The notes under the pieces were generated by a model. The model did no database searches. It saw only the letters and a program-made list of their open reading frames with translations, and was not told the origin of the DNA. The position numbers and the translations under genes were made by a program. A stretch of DNA of 64,000 bases from Thermoleophilia bacterium. GTDB taxonomy: Bacteria > Actinomycetota > Thermoleophilia > Gaiellales > F1-60-MAGs149. This document shows positions 28,185 to 37,451 of the stretch, one piece after another (within the stretch, counting starts at the first letter, position 1; every line of letters starts with the position of its first letter). Where the stretch lies: NCBI GenBank assembly GCA_037133755.1, contig JBAXNN010000008.1, positions 30,245-94,244 on the forward strand, read 5' to 3'.

Positions 28185-29011
28185 TGCGCCTCTCCGGACT
28201 GTCCCGCGGGCTGATCCTCGCCGCCTCCGGCCTCGTGCTGGCGATCCTCTGGGCACCGCTGTTCGTGATCGCGCTGTACGCCTTCAACGACCGCCGCGTG
28301 CAGTCGTGGCCGATCAAGGGCTTCTCGCTGCAGTGGTTCGGCAAGGCGATCGACAACCCCGGCGTGCGCCACGCGCTGCTGACGTCGCTGGAGATCGCGG
28401 TCTGCGCGGCGGCGGTCGCACTCATCCTCGGCACGCTGCTGTCGCTCGCCGTGCACCGCTTCTCGTTCTTCGGGCGCACCGCGCTGTCGTTCGTCGTCGT
28501 CCTGCCGATCGCCCTACCCGGCATCGTCACCGGCATGGCGCTCAACGCGACCTTCCGTACGGAGGTGTTCGGCGTGAGCCTCAAGCTCGGCCTGCTCACC
28601 GTGATCATCGGCCACGCCACGTTCTGCATCGTGATCCTCTTCAACAACGTGATCGCACGCATGCGCCGCGTGCAGGGGTCGCTCGAGGAGGCCGCGATGG
28701 ACCTCGGTGCCGGCGAGACGCGAGCGTTCCTCGATGTCACCCTGCCGCAGCTGCGGGGCGCACTGCTCGCTGGCGCGCTCCTGGCCTTCGCACTGTCCTG
28801 GGACGAGATCGTCGTGACGACCTTCACCGCAGGCGTCGGCATCGAGACGCTCCCGCAGTGGATCCTCAACAACCTGTCCCGCCCGAACCAGCTGCCGATC
28901 GTCAACGTCGTCGCGCTGGGCACGATTCTGCTGTCGGCAATTCCGGTCTATCTGGCGACGCGACTGTCGGCAGATGCGGGTGCACCGCTCAGCGCGATCG
29001 ATGAGCCGTAA
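28184..29011 (+). CDS. ABC transporter permease (PotC-like)
   Basis: In-frame tail of ORF 27401..29011. ATG 28184 overlaps the upstream TGA (TGATG). EAA loop LEEAAMDLGAGETRAF. Confidence 0.85.
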   Translation: MRLSGLSRGLILAASGLVLAILWAPLFVIALYAFNDRRVQSWPIKGFSLQWFGKAIDNPGVRHALLTSLEIAVCAAAVALILGTLLSLAVHRFSFFGRTALSFVVVLPIALPGIVTGMALNATFRTEVFGVSLKLGLLTVIIGHATFCIVILFNNVIARMRRVQGSLEEAAMDLGAGETRAFLDVTLPQLRGALLAGALLAFALSWDEIVVTTFTAGVGIETLPQWILNNLSRPNQLPIVNVVALGTILLSAIPVYLATRLSADAGAPLSAIDEP

Positions 29012-29020
29012 ACTCTCCGC

Positions 29021-29091
29021 GGGCCGGTAGCTCGAAGGTCGAGCAGGAGACTTTTAATCTCTCGGTCAGGGTTCGATTCCCTGTCGGCCCA
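29021..29091 (+). tRNA. tRNA-Lys (anticodon UUU)
   Basis: Hand-folded cloverleaf. Acceptor stem GGGCCGG/TCGGCCC (one G-U); U8; D stem GCTC/GAGC with a GG loop; anticodon stem GGAGA/TCTCT; loop CT-TTT-AA; T arm CAGGG-TTCGATT-CCCTG; discriminator A. No encoded CCA. Confidence 0.9.
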
Positions 29092-30162
29092 TCAGGTGCC
29101 GCGCAGCGGATCCGCGTCGATGCGCGTGTACCCGATGAAGGCCGCCGTGATGGCGATCGCCCCTGCGATCAGCGTCGCCCCCACGCGCGCCTCGGCCAAC
29201 ATGACGATCGCCTGGCCGTTGATCGCGAGGCCCGACAGAATCCCGAGCGTGATGCCGAAGACCGTCAGCGAGTAGTTGACGCTCGAGAGCGCGATCATGA
29301 CCAGCGCGCCAATCGCGTACGAGATGACGAGCGCGTACGCCCCCGGATGCAGCACCTCGACGTAGGCGACCATCACTCCGACGCCGATCAGCGTGCCGAG
29401 GACGCGTTCGGCCACGTGGTGCACCGTGCCGGTGCGGTCGGGCTGCAGGACGAAGACGAGGGTCAGCGGAATCCAGTACTCATGCGGCAACCCATCGACC
29501 CGCGATAGCAGCGAGCCGATCACGAGCGCGATGGCGAGGCGGATGGCGTGGCGCAGGAACGGATCGCGTCGATGGAAGTGCATGCGCAGGCGCTGCGGAA
29601 CCGGCACCGCGCTGTCGCCCGGAGCGGGCACGCGCGAGGGTCGCAGCAGCATGATCGGCACGAGCACGATCGCGCAGAGCGCAAAGCCGGAGCCGCCCAC
29701 GATCAAGACGACGTCGATCACGCCATGCGGCGGTTGCGGCTGCCCCGATTGGACCGCGAACTGCGCCATCGACGTCGTGCCGATCGCCACCCAGCGTGGT
29801 CCGATCGCCCCGACGTACCCGCCGACCAGCGCGACAGGCACGAGCGTGAGGCACACCCAGACGCCGAGCGGCGCAACCGCCGCGCCGGCGGCGGAGGTGA
29901 CGGTCATGAACAGCGCGGCGAGGAGCATCGTGATCCCCATGCGCTCCGATGGCACCGCGCCGCCGACGAGGCCGACGAAGGCGGCCGTCATGCCGATCGG
30001 GAAGGCGTAGCGCTCGAGGCCGACGGCGATCGCGGCAGCGACGAACGCCGCCACCGCCGCCATCTCGAGCAGCGGCAGACGCCAGTGGATCTCGCGCCAG
30101 TCCCAGGTGGAGCCGAACAGCACGAGCCGCCGACCCGCCCGCTGCACGTGGCCGGAGTTCAC
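29092..30162 (-). CDS. FUSC/ArAE-like integral membrane protein
   Basis: 356 aa and polytopic. The RHAIRLAIALVIGSLL..EYWIPLTLVFVLQP..RVLGTLIGV block fits my recollection of the FUSC family. The stop codon abuts the tRNA 3' end. Confidence 0.55.
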   Translation of the reverse strand: MNSGHVQRAGRRLVLFGSTWDWREIHWRLPLLEMAAVAAFVAAAIAVGLERYAFPIGMTAAFVGLVGGAVPSERMGITMLLAALFMTVTSAAGAAVAPLGVWVCLTLVPVALVGGYVGAIGPRWVAIGTTSMAQFAVQSGQPQPPHGVIDVVLIVGGSGFALCAIVLVPIMLLRPSRVPAPGDSAVPVPQRLRMHFHRRDPFLRHAIRLAIALVIGSLLSRVDGLPHEYWIPLTLVFVLQPDRTGTVHHVAERVLGTLIGVGVMVAYVEVLHPGAYALVISYAIGALVMIALSSVNYSLTVFGITLGILSGLAINGQAIVMLAEARVGATLIAGAIAITAAFIGYTRIDADPLRGT

Positions 30163-30217
30163 GAAGCCATCCTCACGCCGGAGACGGTAGCGTCACTCCG
30201 GTGCGAGCGAACCGCTG

Positions 30218-30700
30218 CTACGCGACGCTCGGCTGGTCGCGGCCCGACGTCGACCCGGCGGCCTGACCGCCTTCGCCCAGGAGCTCGTCGTAGCGGCGCT
30301 GACTGGCCGTGATCGCATCGTGGTTGACGATGGCCCAGTCGGCGAGTGCCATCACCGGGTCGATCAGCGTCTGCCCCAGCGGCGTGAGTTGGTATTCGAC
30401 CCTGGGCGGGACCTCCGGGAAGACCGTGCGCTGCACCACGCCGTCGCGCTCGAGCTTGCGCAGGGTCAGGGTCAGCATGCGCTGCGAGATCCCGACGACG
30501 CCGTACTTGAGGCCGGTGAACCGCTGCGGTCCGTAGCTGAGGATGACGATCACGAGCAGGCTCCATTTGTCACCGACCCGGCTGAAGGTCTCGCGCACGA
30601 CGCGGCAGTGCTCGGAGTCGGCGTACTGCGCGATCAGCCCGAATGGCGTTTCCTCCACGCTGCAGTCATCGACCGCAACGCCCTTCCTGGTAGCAGCCAT
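30218..30700 (-). CDS. HxlR-family winged-helix transcriptional regulator
   Basis: CRVVRETFSRVGDKWSLLVIVILSYGPQRFTGLKYGVVGISQRMLTLTLRKLERDGVVQRTVFPEVPPRVEYQLTPLG. Confidence 0.88.
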   Translation of the reverse strand: MAATRKGVAVDDCSVEETPFGLIAQYADSEHCRVVRETFSRVGDKWSLLVIVILSYGPQRFTGLKYGVVGISQRMLTLTLRKLERDGVVQRTVFPEVPPRVEYQLTPLGQTLIDPVMALADWAIVNHDAITASQRRYDELLGEGGQAAGSTSGRDQPSVA

Positions 30701-30814
30701 GTGGTTCCCTCCGTGTGCCTAGGGCAGTTGAACGTGCCTTCTTGTACGCCCTCCGATTGTTACGTATGGTCGGGTCAGGCACAAGAAGTAACCGATAACG
30801 CCCCAGGAGCTCTC

Positions 30815-31309
30815 ATGGCACTACTCACCCCCAGTCCCCTCGTCCGCACACCGGCCAAGATCGGCGCCGGCTTCTTCCTCCTCTGGAGCGTCCTGCACAT
30901 CTACGTCGGCATCGCGGGCCTGGTGGAGTACCTCACGGGAGATGCGAAGAGCCAGTGGACGATGCTGATTGGCGGCGCCAACGCACCCGTCAGCGGGTTC
31001 CAGTTCCCGACCGACGCACTCACCGCGAACGCCCAGTCCCACTTCATCCTCAACTTCTGCCTCGACGTCGGCGGCTACGGCGTGCTCGGCATCATCGTCG
31101 CGTGGATGATCTGGAGCCGCGCGTCGTGGACCGGCTACCTGATCGGCCTCGTGGCCATCGGCATCGCCGACCTGAGCTTTCTCTTCGCGATGGTGACGAG
31201 CGGGATCATCGTGGCCGACGTCGCCACGGTCGCCGGGCCGATCATCTGGTTCATCGCCATCATCGTCACCCCACTCGGGCTGCCGCGTCAGGCCAAGACG
31301 AGGATCTGA
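30815..31309 (+). CDS. Small integral membrane protein, unknown function
   Basis: In-frame tail of ORF 30320..31309. ATG 30815 has CAGGAG 6 nt upstream. Four hydrophobic helices. Divergent from HxlR. Confidence 0.6.
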   Translation: MALLTPSPLVRTPAKIGAGFFLLWSVLHIYVGIAGLVEYLTGDAKSQWTMLIGGANAPVSGFQFPTDALTANAQSHFILNFCLDVGGYGVLGIIVAWMIWSRASWTGYLIGLVAIGIADLSFLFAMVTSGIIVADVATVAGPIIWFIAIIVTPLGLPRQAKTRI

Positions 31310-33180
31310 TCGTTCTCGGCGAAGGCGACGAGGCGGCTCTTCGGCGGGTTGAGCACGACGCCACCACCGAGCGCACCGTCGGCATCCTCGTCGGTGCCGC
31401 GTCGGTACCCCACACAGACATGGCCTCGTCGTCGTGCGGCAGCGACGACATCGGCATACGACTGCTCCGCTCCTATGGCCAGGTAGCGCGATGCCGGTAC
31501 GAGCACGAGTTCGACACCCTCGGCATCGAAGAGGTCGGCGAAGACGCCCCGAAGTTCGGCGTTCTCCGACAGCTGCGCGAGCATGAGGCTCGTCAGGCGC
31601 TCACTCACGACAAAGTCATCGGGATTCGCGATGCGCGCAAGCTCAACGTCGCGGGCATCGAGGAGCTCGGCCACGAGACGCACGCCGTGATTGGGGCTGG
31701 CCTCGTCCTCCGTCACCTGCCGGATCTGAAGCAGTGTGAGCAGTGTCCGCGCGTCGCTCGCTGCAGCGTCATCGCCGCGGTAGCAGAGGATGATGACCTG
31801 GTCGTACCCGCGACGCCCCAGCTCGACCGCGAGCAGATTCCCATCGACCGTATCCATTTCGATGAATTCAAGATCGAGAGAACCCACTGCCGTCGCCCGC
31901 GACATTCCCCCGGCTCGCACCGGATCGAGCAGCACACGCACGGTCGATCCGGCGGAGACGTACCGATCGAGCTCATTGAGAATCCGTGGGCCCATCGCGT
32001 TCCAGCCGACGACAAGCGTGTGCTCAACCTTCAGTTCGAGCGGCGGCTCGGATGCTGTCGCAGCTGCCTGCCCTGCGATGACCTCACCGTCAAGCACCAC
32101 GGTGTCGTCATCCGCGGAGATCGCAATCACCTGATCGCCGTCGGCGAATACGCGCAACATCGACGGGCTCAGCGTGATGGTGCCGTCAGCGGCGCGGACA
32201 CCGATCACCGAGGACGATTCGTACAGCGTCAGACAGTCACCGAAGGTGTGCCCGGTCAGCCGTGGCTCTGCCTGAAAGTAGATCTCGTCGCCATCAAAAT
32301 CGAGGAGGTCCTGGAAGACGAAGCTGAGGCCAGCCTGACGGCAGACCTGTGCCGTGATGCGCGAGATCACATCGTTGGAGACAACGACGCCGAGCCGCCC
32401 GCGCGCGGCACGTTCTAGTGCAGTCGCCGAGTCGGACTCGAGAAACTCCGCCGTCACCTTGAGCTTCTCGAAATCGCGATCAAAGCCCATCAGCGCGAGG
32501 ACCGTTTTGACGGTCTGCGGGTCGCCGGCGTCCTGATCGGCCAGGACGAGCACGGACTTCGCCTCCAGCGGGCGTACCAACTCGAGGTCCGCCGGGTCGG
32601 ACGGGTCGCCAGATCGGCAGATCACGCGCGTGCGCCGCGGGCCACTGGCGCGAGCCTTCACCTCGTCTTCCATGTCCACCTTGTCGTGCGACGCGAGAAT
32701 CACCACGCTCGGGTGACGCTGATTCTCGTTGGCGATCTCGATCTCGTCGAGGATCTGATGGATCTTCGGCGACCAGCCCAGAATCAGTGTGTGCCCCTCC
32801 TCGACAACGAGTGACCGGCCCTTGCGCAACTCGTCCACGGTGCGGTCGATGCCACTCGAGATGAGACCGATCAGCGTCGACACGATGAAAATGCCGATGA
32901 TCGTGATGCCAAGAGCGATGAAGCGGAAGCGCCAGCCGGCATCACCGCCCATCGTGCCGGGGTCGAGCGTGCGGAGCAGACTGAGCCAGACTCCCTCGAT
33001 GAACGACGTCTGCGTCTCACCGTCGGCACGGATCCCGAGCAAGACGATCAGCACACCCGCGATCATCACGAAGATGAACGTGACGATCGCGAGCCACCCG
33101 ATGATGCCGATGGTCCCGCGCGACAGGGTCGCATCGAAGCGGTAGCGCAGGCGGTCACGCGTTGTGATCTGCCGCGTCAT
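31288..33180 (-). CDS. Two-TM pore plus tandem RCK-domain ion channel (CASTOR/POLLUX-related type)
   Basis: ORF 31288..33210 trimmed to ATG 33180. TM1, then pore region VWLSLLRTLDPGTMGGD, then TM2. Two RCK-like modules follow, starting HTLILGWSPK and HTLVVGWNAMG. Confidence 0.7.
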   Translation of the reverse strand: MTRQITTRDRLRYRFDATLSRGTIGIIGWLAIVTFIFVMIAGVLIVLLGIRADGETQTSFIEGVWLSLLRTLDPGTMGGDAGWRFRFIALGITIIGIFIVSTLIGLISSGIDRTVDELRKGRSLVVEEGHTLILGWSPKIHQILDEIEIANENQRHPSVVILASHDKVDMEDEVKARASGPRRTRVICRSGDPSDPADLELVRPLEAKSVLVLADQDAGDPQTVKTVLALMGFDRDFEKLKVTAEFLESDSATALERAARGRLGVVVSNDVISRITAQVCRQAGLSFVFQDLLDFDGDEIYFQAEPRLTGHTFGDCLTLYESSSVIGVRAADGTITLSPSMLRVFADGDQVIAISADDDTVVLDGEVIAGQAAATASEPPLELKVEHTLVVGWNAMGPRILNELDRYVSAGSTVRVLLDPVRAGGMSRATAVGSLDLEFIEMDTVDGNLLAVELGRRGYDQVIILCYRGDDAAASDARTLLTLLQIRQVTEDEASPNHGVRLVAELLDARDVELARIANPDDFVVSERLTSLMLAQLSENAELRGVFADLFDAEGVELVLVPASRYLAIGAEQSYADVVAAARRRGHVCVGYRRGTDEDADGALGGGVVLNPPKSRLVAFAENDQILVLA

Positions 33181-33184
33181 GGCG

Positions 33185-33862
33185 TTACCACAGGACCCCG
33201 AGCCCAACACCGGCCGGATTGCCCAGGTTAATCAGACGGATGATCGAGAAGATCAGGAGAATGCTGCCGACGATGCCGAGCCCGATCTTGATCGGCACTT
33301 GGCGCACCAAGCTCGCGACGCCGAACAGGAAGAGGCCAATCGCGATGATGATGGAAAGAATGTCGAAGGCGGCCGCGAGCGCGTCGAAGTGGTCCGCCTC
33401 CACGAACAACGCCTCCGCCTTGGCGTCACGCGCCTTCGCGGCGTCGTAGAGCGGCGAGGACCAGTGCGGATTGTCATCCGTGAACGGGGTCTTGGCCCCG
33501 CCCGTGTGCGGCTGCTCTTCCCACCAATCGACCGAGGCCGCGAGCTCCGGCGACATCAGCGACTCATGCACGTAGGTCGCCAGTGGCTTCTGCCCGGTGT
33601 GCAGCGCCTTGGTGTATTCGAGGAAGATCGCTTCGTCCGCCACGGCGACGGCCGTCGCGTCGTTGTAGTCCTGCGACGCCGCGTCGGCCGCGCGAATGCC
33701 CTGGCTGTACAGACCCGCCACCGATCCACTCAATTCCGAACTCTGGAACGTCGCCCAGGCCGTCAGGATGGCCGCAATGCCAAGCAGTATCGCAATGACG
33801 ATCTCGATGCGATCCAGCCTCCGCTGGTTCCGCTCCTCATCCCTCTGCTCCACACTCGCCAC
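33185..33862 (-). CDS. Hypothetical membrane protein (terminal TM helices, DUF4337-like topology)
   Basis: 225 aa. N-terminal TM IVIAILLGIAAILTAWATF and two C-terminal TMs. There is a 4-nt gap to the channel gene start. Confidence 0.5.
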   Translation of the reverse strand: MASVEQRDEERNQRRLDRIEIVIAILLGIAAILTAWATFQSSELSGSVAGLYSQGIRAADAASQDYNDATAVAVADEAIFLEYTKALHTGQKPLATYVHESLMSPELAASVDWWEEQPHTGGAKTPFTDDNPHWSSPLYDAAKARDAKAEALFVEADHFDALAAAFDILSIIIAIGLFLFGVASLVRQVPIKIGLGIVGSILLIFSIIRLINLGNPAGVGLGVLW

Positions 33863-33979
33863 TGCTACCTCATGAGCTCCCGCAAACGCGAAGACGTTCG
33901 CGTTGCACTACCGATCCATACGGGCGGGAACCATACAGCCGTGCACCGGTTACAGCAATGCCGTGCAGGTGGCGGAGCG

Positions 33980-35191
33980 TCAGTCGCCGGAGGGAGCGGC
34001 AGCGCCGCTCTCGGCCTGCTGCGCGCGGCGGCCGAGGATCAGGATCATCAGGCGGTTCGCGGCGAGTGCCAGCAGGAGCACGGCCACGACGAGGATGAAG
34101 AGATCCACGATCAGGTTCCACTTGAAAAGGATCAGCAGCGCGACGACGATCAGGGCCACGAACTGCAGGACCTTGCCCGACGTCGAGTCGGCTGGCGTGA
34201 TGGCCTTGCTCCCCCACGCCTTGGCGACGGCCCAGACGTCCATGACCTCGAGCTTGCGGCCACCGGCAGCGGCTGCAGCGTCGGAGTCGAGCGCCTTATC
34301 CGCTGCGCTGGCGGCCAGCGGCGCGGTCCAGCGGAGCGACCACACGATCACGGCGGCGATGACGCCGACGATGGCGATCACGTGCGAGATGTGAATCAGG
34401 TCGCTGAACAGGCCGTCGAAGATGCCCTGCGCGGCCTGATTGAGCACGAAATCGTTGGCGGTGGCCGAGTCGAGGCCCCAGTTAACGAGGTTCAGCACGA
34501 TCGCGAGCGTGATGCCCGTGATGCCGAAGGTCAGGCAGCCCGCGATCACGCCCTTGCGCCGCACGGGTGCGATCAGCGCCGCGACGGCGAGCAGGATGAG
34601 GCCAAGGATCACGACGATGTACGAGACCGGACCGAGATCGGCTCCCAGCTGGATCACCCGGAAGGCCGGACCGAGGTTCGGGATCTCCGCCAGCTTGGCA
34701 TCAGCCGCAGCGCCCACCTTCGCGGCAATCTCCGCGTCGTAGGGCTCAATCGTCTGCTGCAGCAGCTGCGGCAGACCCTCGACCTTGAAGACCAGGTTGG
34801 CGGTCTCGGGATTGAGCAGCGCCTGGTGGAGTTTGCCGAGCGCCGCGACGATGATCGTGGTGAACGCGGGCTCTGCGACGACCGTCTCGGCCGCCGACTG
34901 GATGATCGGGCGTGCGATGACGGCCTTCGGTACTTGCTTGATGACGACGTTGGTCACCTCGGTGGCGATCGCAGTCTGCGTGGCCGGCTGCTCGATCACC
35001 GACGTCATGCGCTGGGTGAAGACCTCTTGGTTGTAGAGCGTGCGGTGCAGGTAGATGCCGAGCACACCGAGCAGCAGGAAGAGCCACGCGACAATCAGGA
35101 TGACGACGACGCCAGCCCACGCGCCCTTCGTCCCCTTCTTGGTCTCCTCACCAGCGGCCATGCGCGGGACGGTACCAGAATCGCCCTGCAC
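33980..35191 (-). CDS. Hypothetical polytopic membrane protein
   Basis: 403 aa (the start may be ATG 35161). N-terminal TM, a long extracytoplasmic segment, then several TM helices. No motif recognised. Confidence 0.5.
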   Translation of the reverse strand: MQGDSGTVPRMAAGEETKKGTKGAWAGVVVILIVAWLFLLLGVLGIYLHRTLYNQEVFTQRMTSVIEQPATQTAIATEVTNVVIKQVPKAVIARPIIQSAAETVVAEPAFTTIIVAALGKLHQALLNPETANLVFKVEGLPQLLQQTIEPYDAEIAAKVGAAADAKLAEIPNLGPAFRVIQLGADLGPVSYIVVILGLILLAVAALIAPVRRKGVIAGCLTFGITGITLAIVLNLVNWGLDSATANDFVLNQAAQGIFDGLFSDLIHISHVIAIVGVIAAVIVWSLRWTAPLAASAADKALDSDAAAAAGGRKLEVMDVWAVAKAWGSKAITPADSTSGKVLQFVALIVVALLILFKWNLIVDLFILVVAVLLLALAANRLMILILGRRAQQAESGAAAPSGD

Positions 35192-35225
35192 ACTCGTTGC
35201 ACATTGCGCCGAGGGCGCTACCCGT

Positions 35226-36362
35226 CTAGCTGGTCTTGAACGCGCCGAACTTGCCGCCCGTCACCTGCTGCACCAGCACCGGCGAGACGCCATTGCGGTT
35301 GGCGTCGAACGAGAAGTTCCCGAGCAGCGTCTTGGCGTTCTTGACGGTGGCCAGGTTCGCAGCCATCGCGTCCTGCGTGGCGGCCTTGCCGTTCTTGGCG
35401 GCGGTCGCCAGCACGTACGTGTACGCGTAGGCCGTGGCGGCGAACTGGTCTGGCGTGCTCTTGTACGCCTTCTTGAAGGCCTTGATGAAGGTCTTGTTGG
35501 CGGGCGTCTGGTTCCACGAGGCCCACGCGGTGCCGACGATCAGGCCGTTGGCTGCAGCACCGGCGCCCTTAATGACGGCACCGGAGTTGAGGCCGTTGGA
35601 GCCGATGATGGCCTTCTTGTAGCCCGCGTTGCGGAGCGCCTGCAGGAGCGGCACGCCCTCGGGAGCGAGCGCGCTGATCGCGACGATGTCGGGATCGTTG
35701 GCCTTGACGTCCGCCGCGATGGCCGAGAAGTCGGTGGTGCCGGCCGGCACGATCTCGGTCTTCTTGACGCTGATAGCGTTGGCCGTCAGCGCGGTGGCAA
35801 GCAACGGACCAGAGGTGGCAGCGAACGTGTCGCTGCCCTGAATCACGACAGCGGTCTTCGGCAGGAGCTTCGAGGTTGCGACCGTCTTGACGACCTGCGG
35901 GAGCACGTACTCCTCGGTGAGCGCCGGGCGGAAGATGAAGTTGCCGATCTCGGTGATGCCGGGCTGCGTGTTCGAGATGCCCAGCACCGGGATGCGCGCG
36001 GCCTGCGCAAACGGATCAACGTCGAGTGCCACGGACGACAGCGTCGGCCCCACGATCGTGGAGACGCCGTCACGGAAGAACACGCCGTAGGCGGCAGCGG
36101 CCCCCGCCGTCGTGCTGAGGTCGTCGATCGTCTTGACGTTCACCTTCACGCCGGAGATCGCGCCGCCGTTGATCTCCTTGGCAGCCATGTCGATGCCCTT
36201 GCGCGAACTGAGGCCGTAGGCCGCCGCATCGCCGGTGAGCGACAGAGCAGCGCCGACGTTGACGGTGATCGGCGCAGCCGAAGCGGTCGGGATCGCGATC
36301 GCCAAGGCGGCGATGGCGATCAGAACGGCGAAGATGCGGGAAAGCTGACGGGGCGCGTGCAT
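35226..36362 (-). CDS. Periplasmic binding protein, branched-chain amino acid (LivK/type I) family, orphan
   Basis: ORF 35226..36380 starts at a TTG; ATG 36362 is preferred. Signal peptide ..AIPTASAAP. GAALSLTGDAAAYG..GISNTQPG is typical of LivK-like SBPs. No adjacent permease or ATPase. Confidence 0.75.
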   Translation of the reverse strand: MHAPRQLSRIFAVLIAIAALAIAIPTASAAPITVNVGAALSLTGDAAAYGLSSRKGIDMAAKEINGGAISGVKVNVKTIDDLSTTAGAAAAYGVFFRDGVSTIVGPTLSSVALDVDPFAQAARIPVLGISNTQPGITEIGNFIFRPALTEEYVLPQVVKTVATSKLLPKTAVVIQGSDTFAATSGPLLATALTANAISVKKTEIVPAGTTDFSAIAADVKANDPDIVAISALAPEGVPLLQALRNAGYKKAIIGSNGLNSGAVIKGAGAAANGLIVGTAWASWNQTPANKTFIKAFKKAYKSTPDQFAATAYAYTYVLATAAKNGKAATQDAMAANLATVKNAKTLLGNFSFDANRNGVSPVLVQQVTGGKFGAFKTS

Positions 36363-36386
36363 TGGCTCAGAGTAGGGCAAATCCGC

Positions 36387-36398
36387 GCGAAATGGCGA
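36387..36398. promoter_or_regulatory. Shared 12-nt motif GCGAAATGGCGA, copy 1 (upstream of the SBP gene)
   Basis: An identical 12-mer recurs at 37398..37409. On the coding (minus) strand it reads TCGCCATTTCGC, 25 nt before ATG 36362. Confidence 0.4.
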
Positions 36399-36410
36399 AG
36401 CGGCGATCGT

Positions 36411-37376
36411 CTAGCGCTTGGTGCCGACGAGCAGCGTCGCGCCGATCGCGCCACCCTTGTCGCCGAGCGCGGCGGTGACCACCGGCGGGGGCTTGTCCGG
36501 CTGGAAGAGAAATGGCGTCATTGCCGCGCCAATGCGGTCCGCCATCGGCTGTCCGAAGCGCGTGCCGAGTCCGCCGCCGAGGATGATCGCCTCGACGTCC
36601 AGGATGTTGATCACGTTCGCTGCGGCCGCGGCGATCGCGTCGACGCCCTCGCCAATCAACTGCGTCGCGAGAGGGTCGCCCTGCTCGAGCGCCTTGCTCC
36701 AAATGCTCGACGACAGTCGATCCTTGCCGGCCTGCTCCATCAGCTCGAACAACACGGACTGCTGACCGGCGGCGACCGCTTCGCGCGCCCGTGTCTCCAT
36801 GTTGCGGCGTCCGGCGTAGGCCTCCATCGTGCCGACCATGCCGTTCGGCTCGGCGAGGCCACCACGCTGGATGACGGTGTGGCCGAGCTCGCCAGCCGCG
36901 CCGCGCCCGTGCCACATCTTGCGGTTGAGCACGATGCCACTGCCGACGCCGGTGCCCCACCAGATGCCGACGAAGTTCTGGAGCTTGCGACCTGCACCGA
37001 GCTCGAGCTCGCCGAGCACTGCCACGCCGACGTCGTTGCCGAGCTTGACCTTCGCGCCACAGGCCTTGCCGACGACGTCGGCCAAGGGAAATGCGTCGGC
37101 AAATCCAGACAGGTTCGGCGCGTGCGAGAGCAGGCCACGGTCGGCGTTGACCGCACCGGGCGCCCCGATGCCAATGCCCTTGAGGGCCTTCGTCGAGCAG
37201 CCAGCGTCCTTACAGGCCGCCTCAATCGCTCCGACGATCGCATCGACGACGCTCTGCGGCCCACCGTCCTGCGGCGTGGGCACACGACACTGGCCGCGCA
37301 GCTTCCGCTCGGCGTTGACGACGACGACCTCGATCTTGGTGCCACCGAGGTCTACTCCACAGATGCGCTCGCTCAT
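36411..37376 (-). CDS. ROK-family sugar kinase (glucokinase-like, no HTH domain)
   Basis: In-frame tail of ORF 36411..37715 from ATG 37376. MSERICGVDLGGTKIEV; GIGAPGAV; GNDVGVAVLGE; GAAGELGH. Confidence 0.85.
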   Translation of the reverse strand: MSERICGVDLGGTKIEVVVVNAERKLRGQCRVPTPQDGGPQSVVDAIVGAIEAACKDAGCSTKALKGIGIGAPGAVNADRGLLSHAPNLSGFADAFPLADVVGKACGAKVKLGNDVGVAVLGELELGAGRKLQNFVGIWWGTGVGSGIVLNRKMWHGRGAAGELGHTVIQRGGLAEPNGMVGTMEAYAGRRNMETRAREAVAAGQQSVLFELMEQAGKDRLSSSIWSKALEQGDPLATQLIGEGVDAIAAAAANVINILDVEAIILGGGLGTRFGQPMADRIGAAMTPFLFQPDKPPPVVTAALGDKGGAIGATLLVGTKR

Positions 37377-37394
37377 GGTGGACGAGCCTACCAC

Positions 37395-37423
37395 GTTGCG
37401 AAATGGCGACGAATCCTCGCAAC
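37395..37423. promoter_or_regulatory. Inverted repeat GTTGCGA-N15-TCGCAAC containing copy 2 of GCGAAATGGCGA, in the ROK/SIS divergent region
   Basis: 7-bp perfect arms. The 12-mer occupies 37398..37409, 22 nt before the ROK ATG on the minus strand. Confidence 0.4.
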
Positions 37424-37451
37424 GACAGGCGTCTGACGTAGACTCGCCTGC

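Noticed and set aside
29021-35191. tRNA-Lys-associated genomic island (FUSC, HxlR, channel, unknown membrane proteins)
   Set aside because: There is no integrase, no recognisable direct repeat of the tRNA 3' end, and no clear compositional break that I can measure by eye.
33164-37436. Long plus-strand ORFs 33164..35239 (691 aa) and 35055..37436 (793 aa)
   Set aside because: They are antisense to five minus-strand genes with clear membrane, SBP or ROK features, and have Arg/Asp/His-rich low-information composition.
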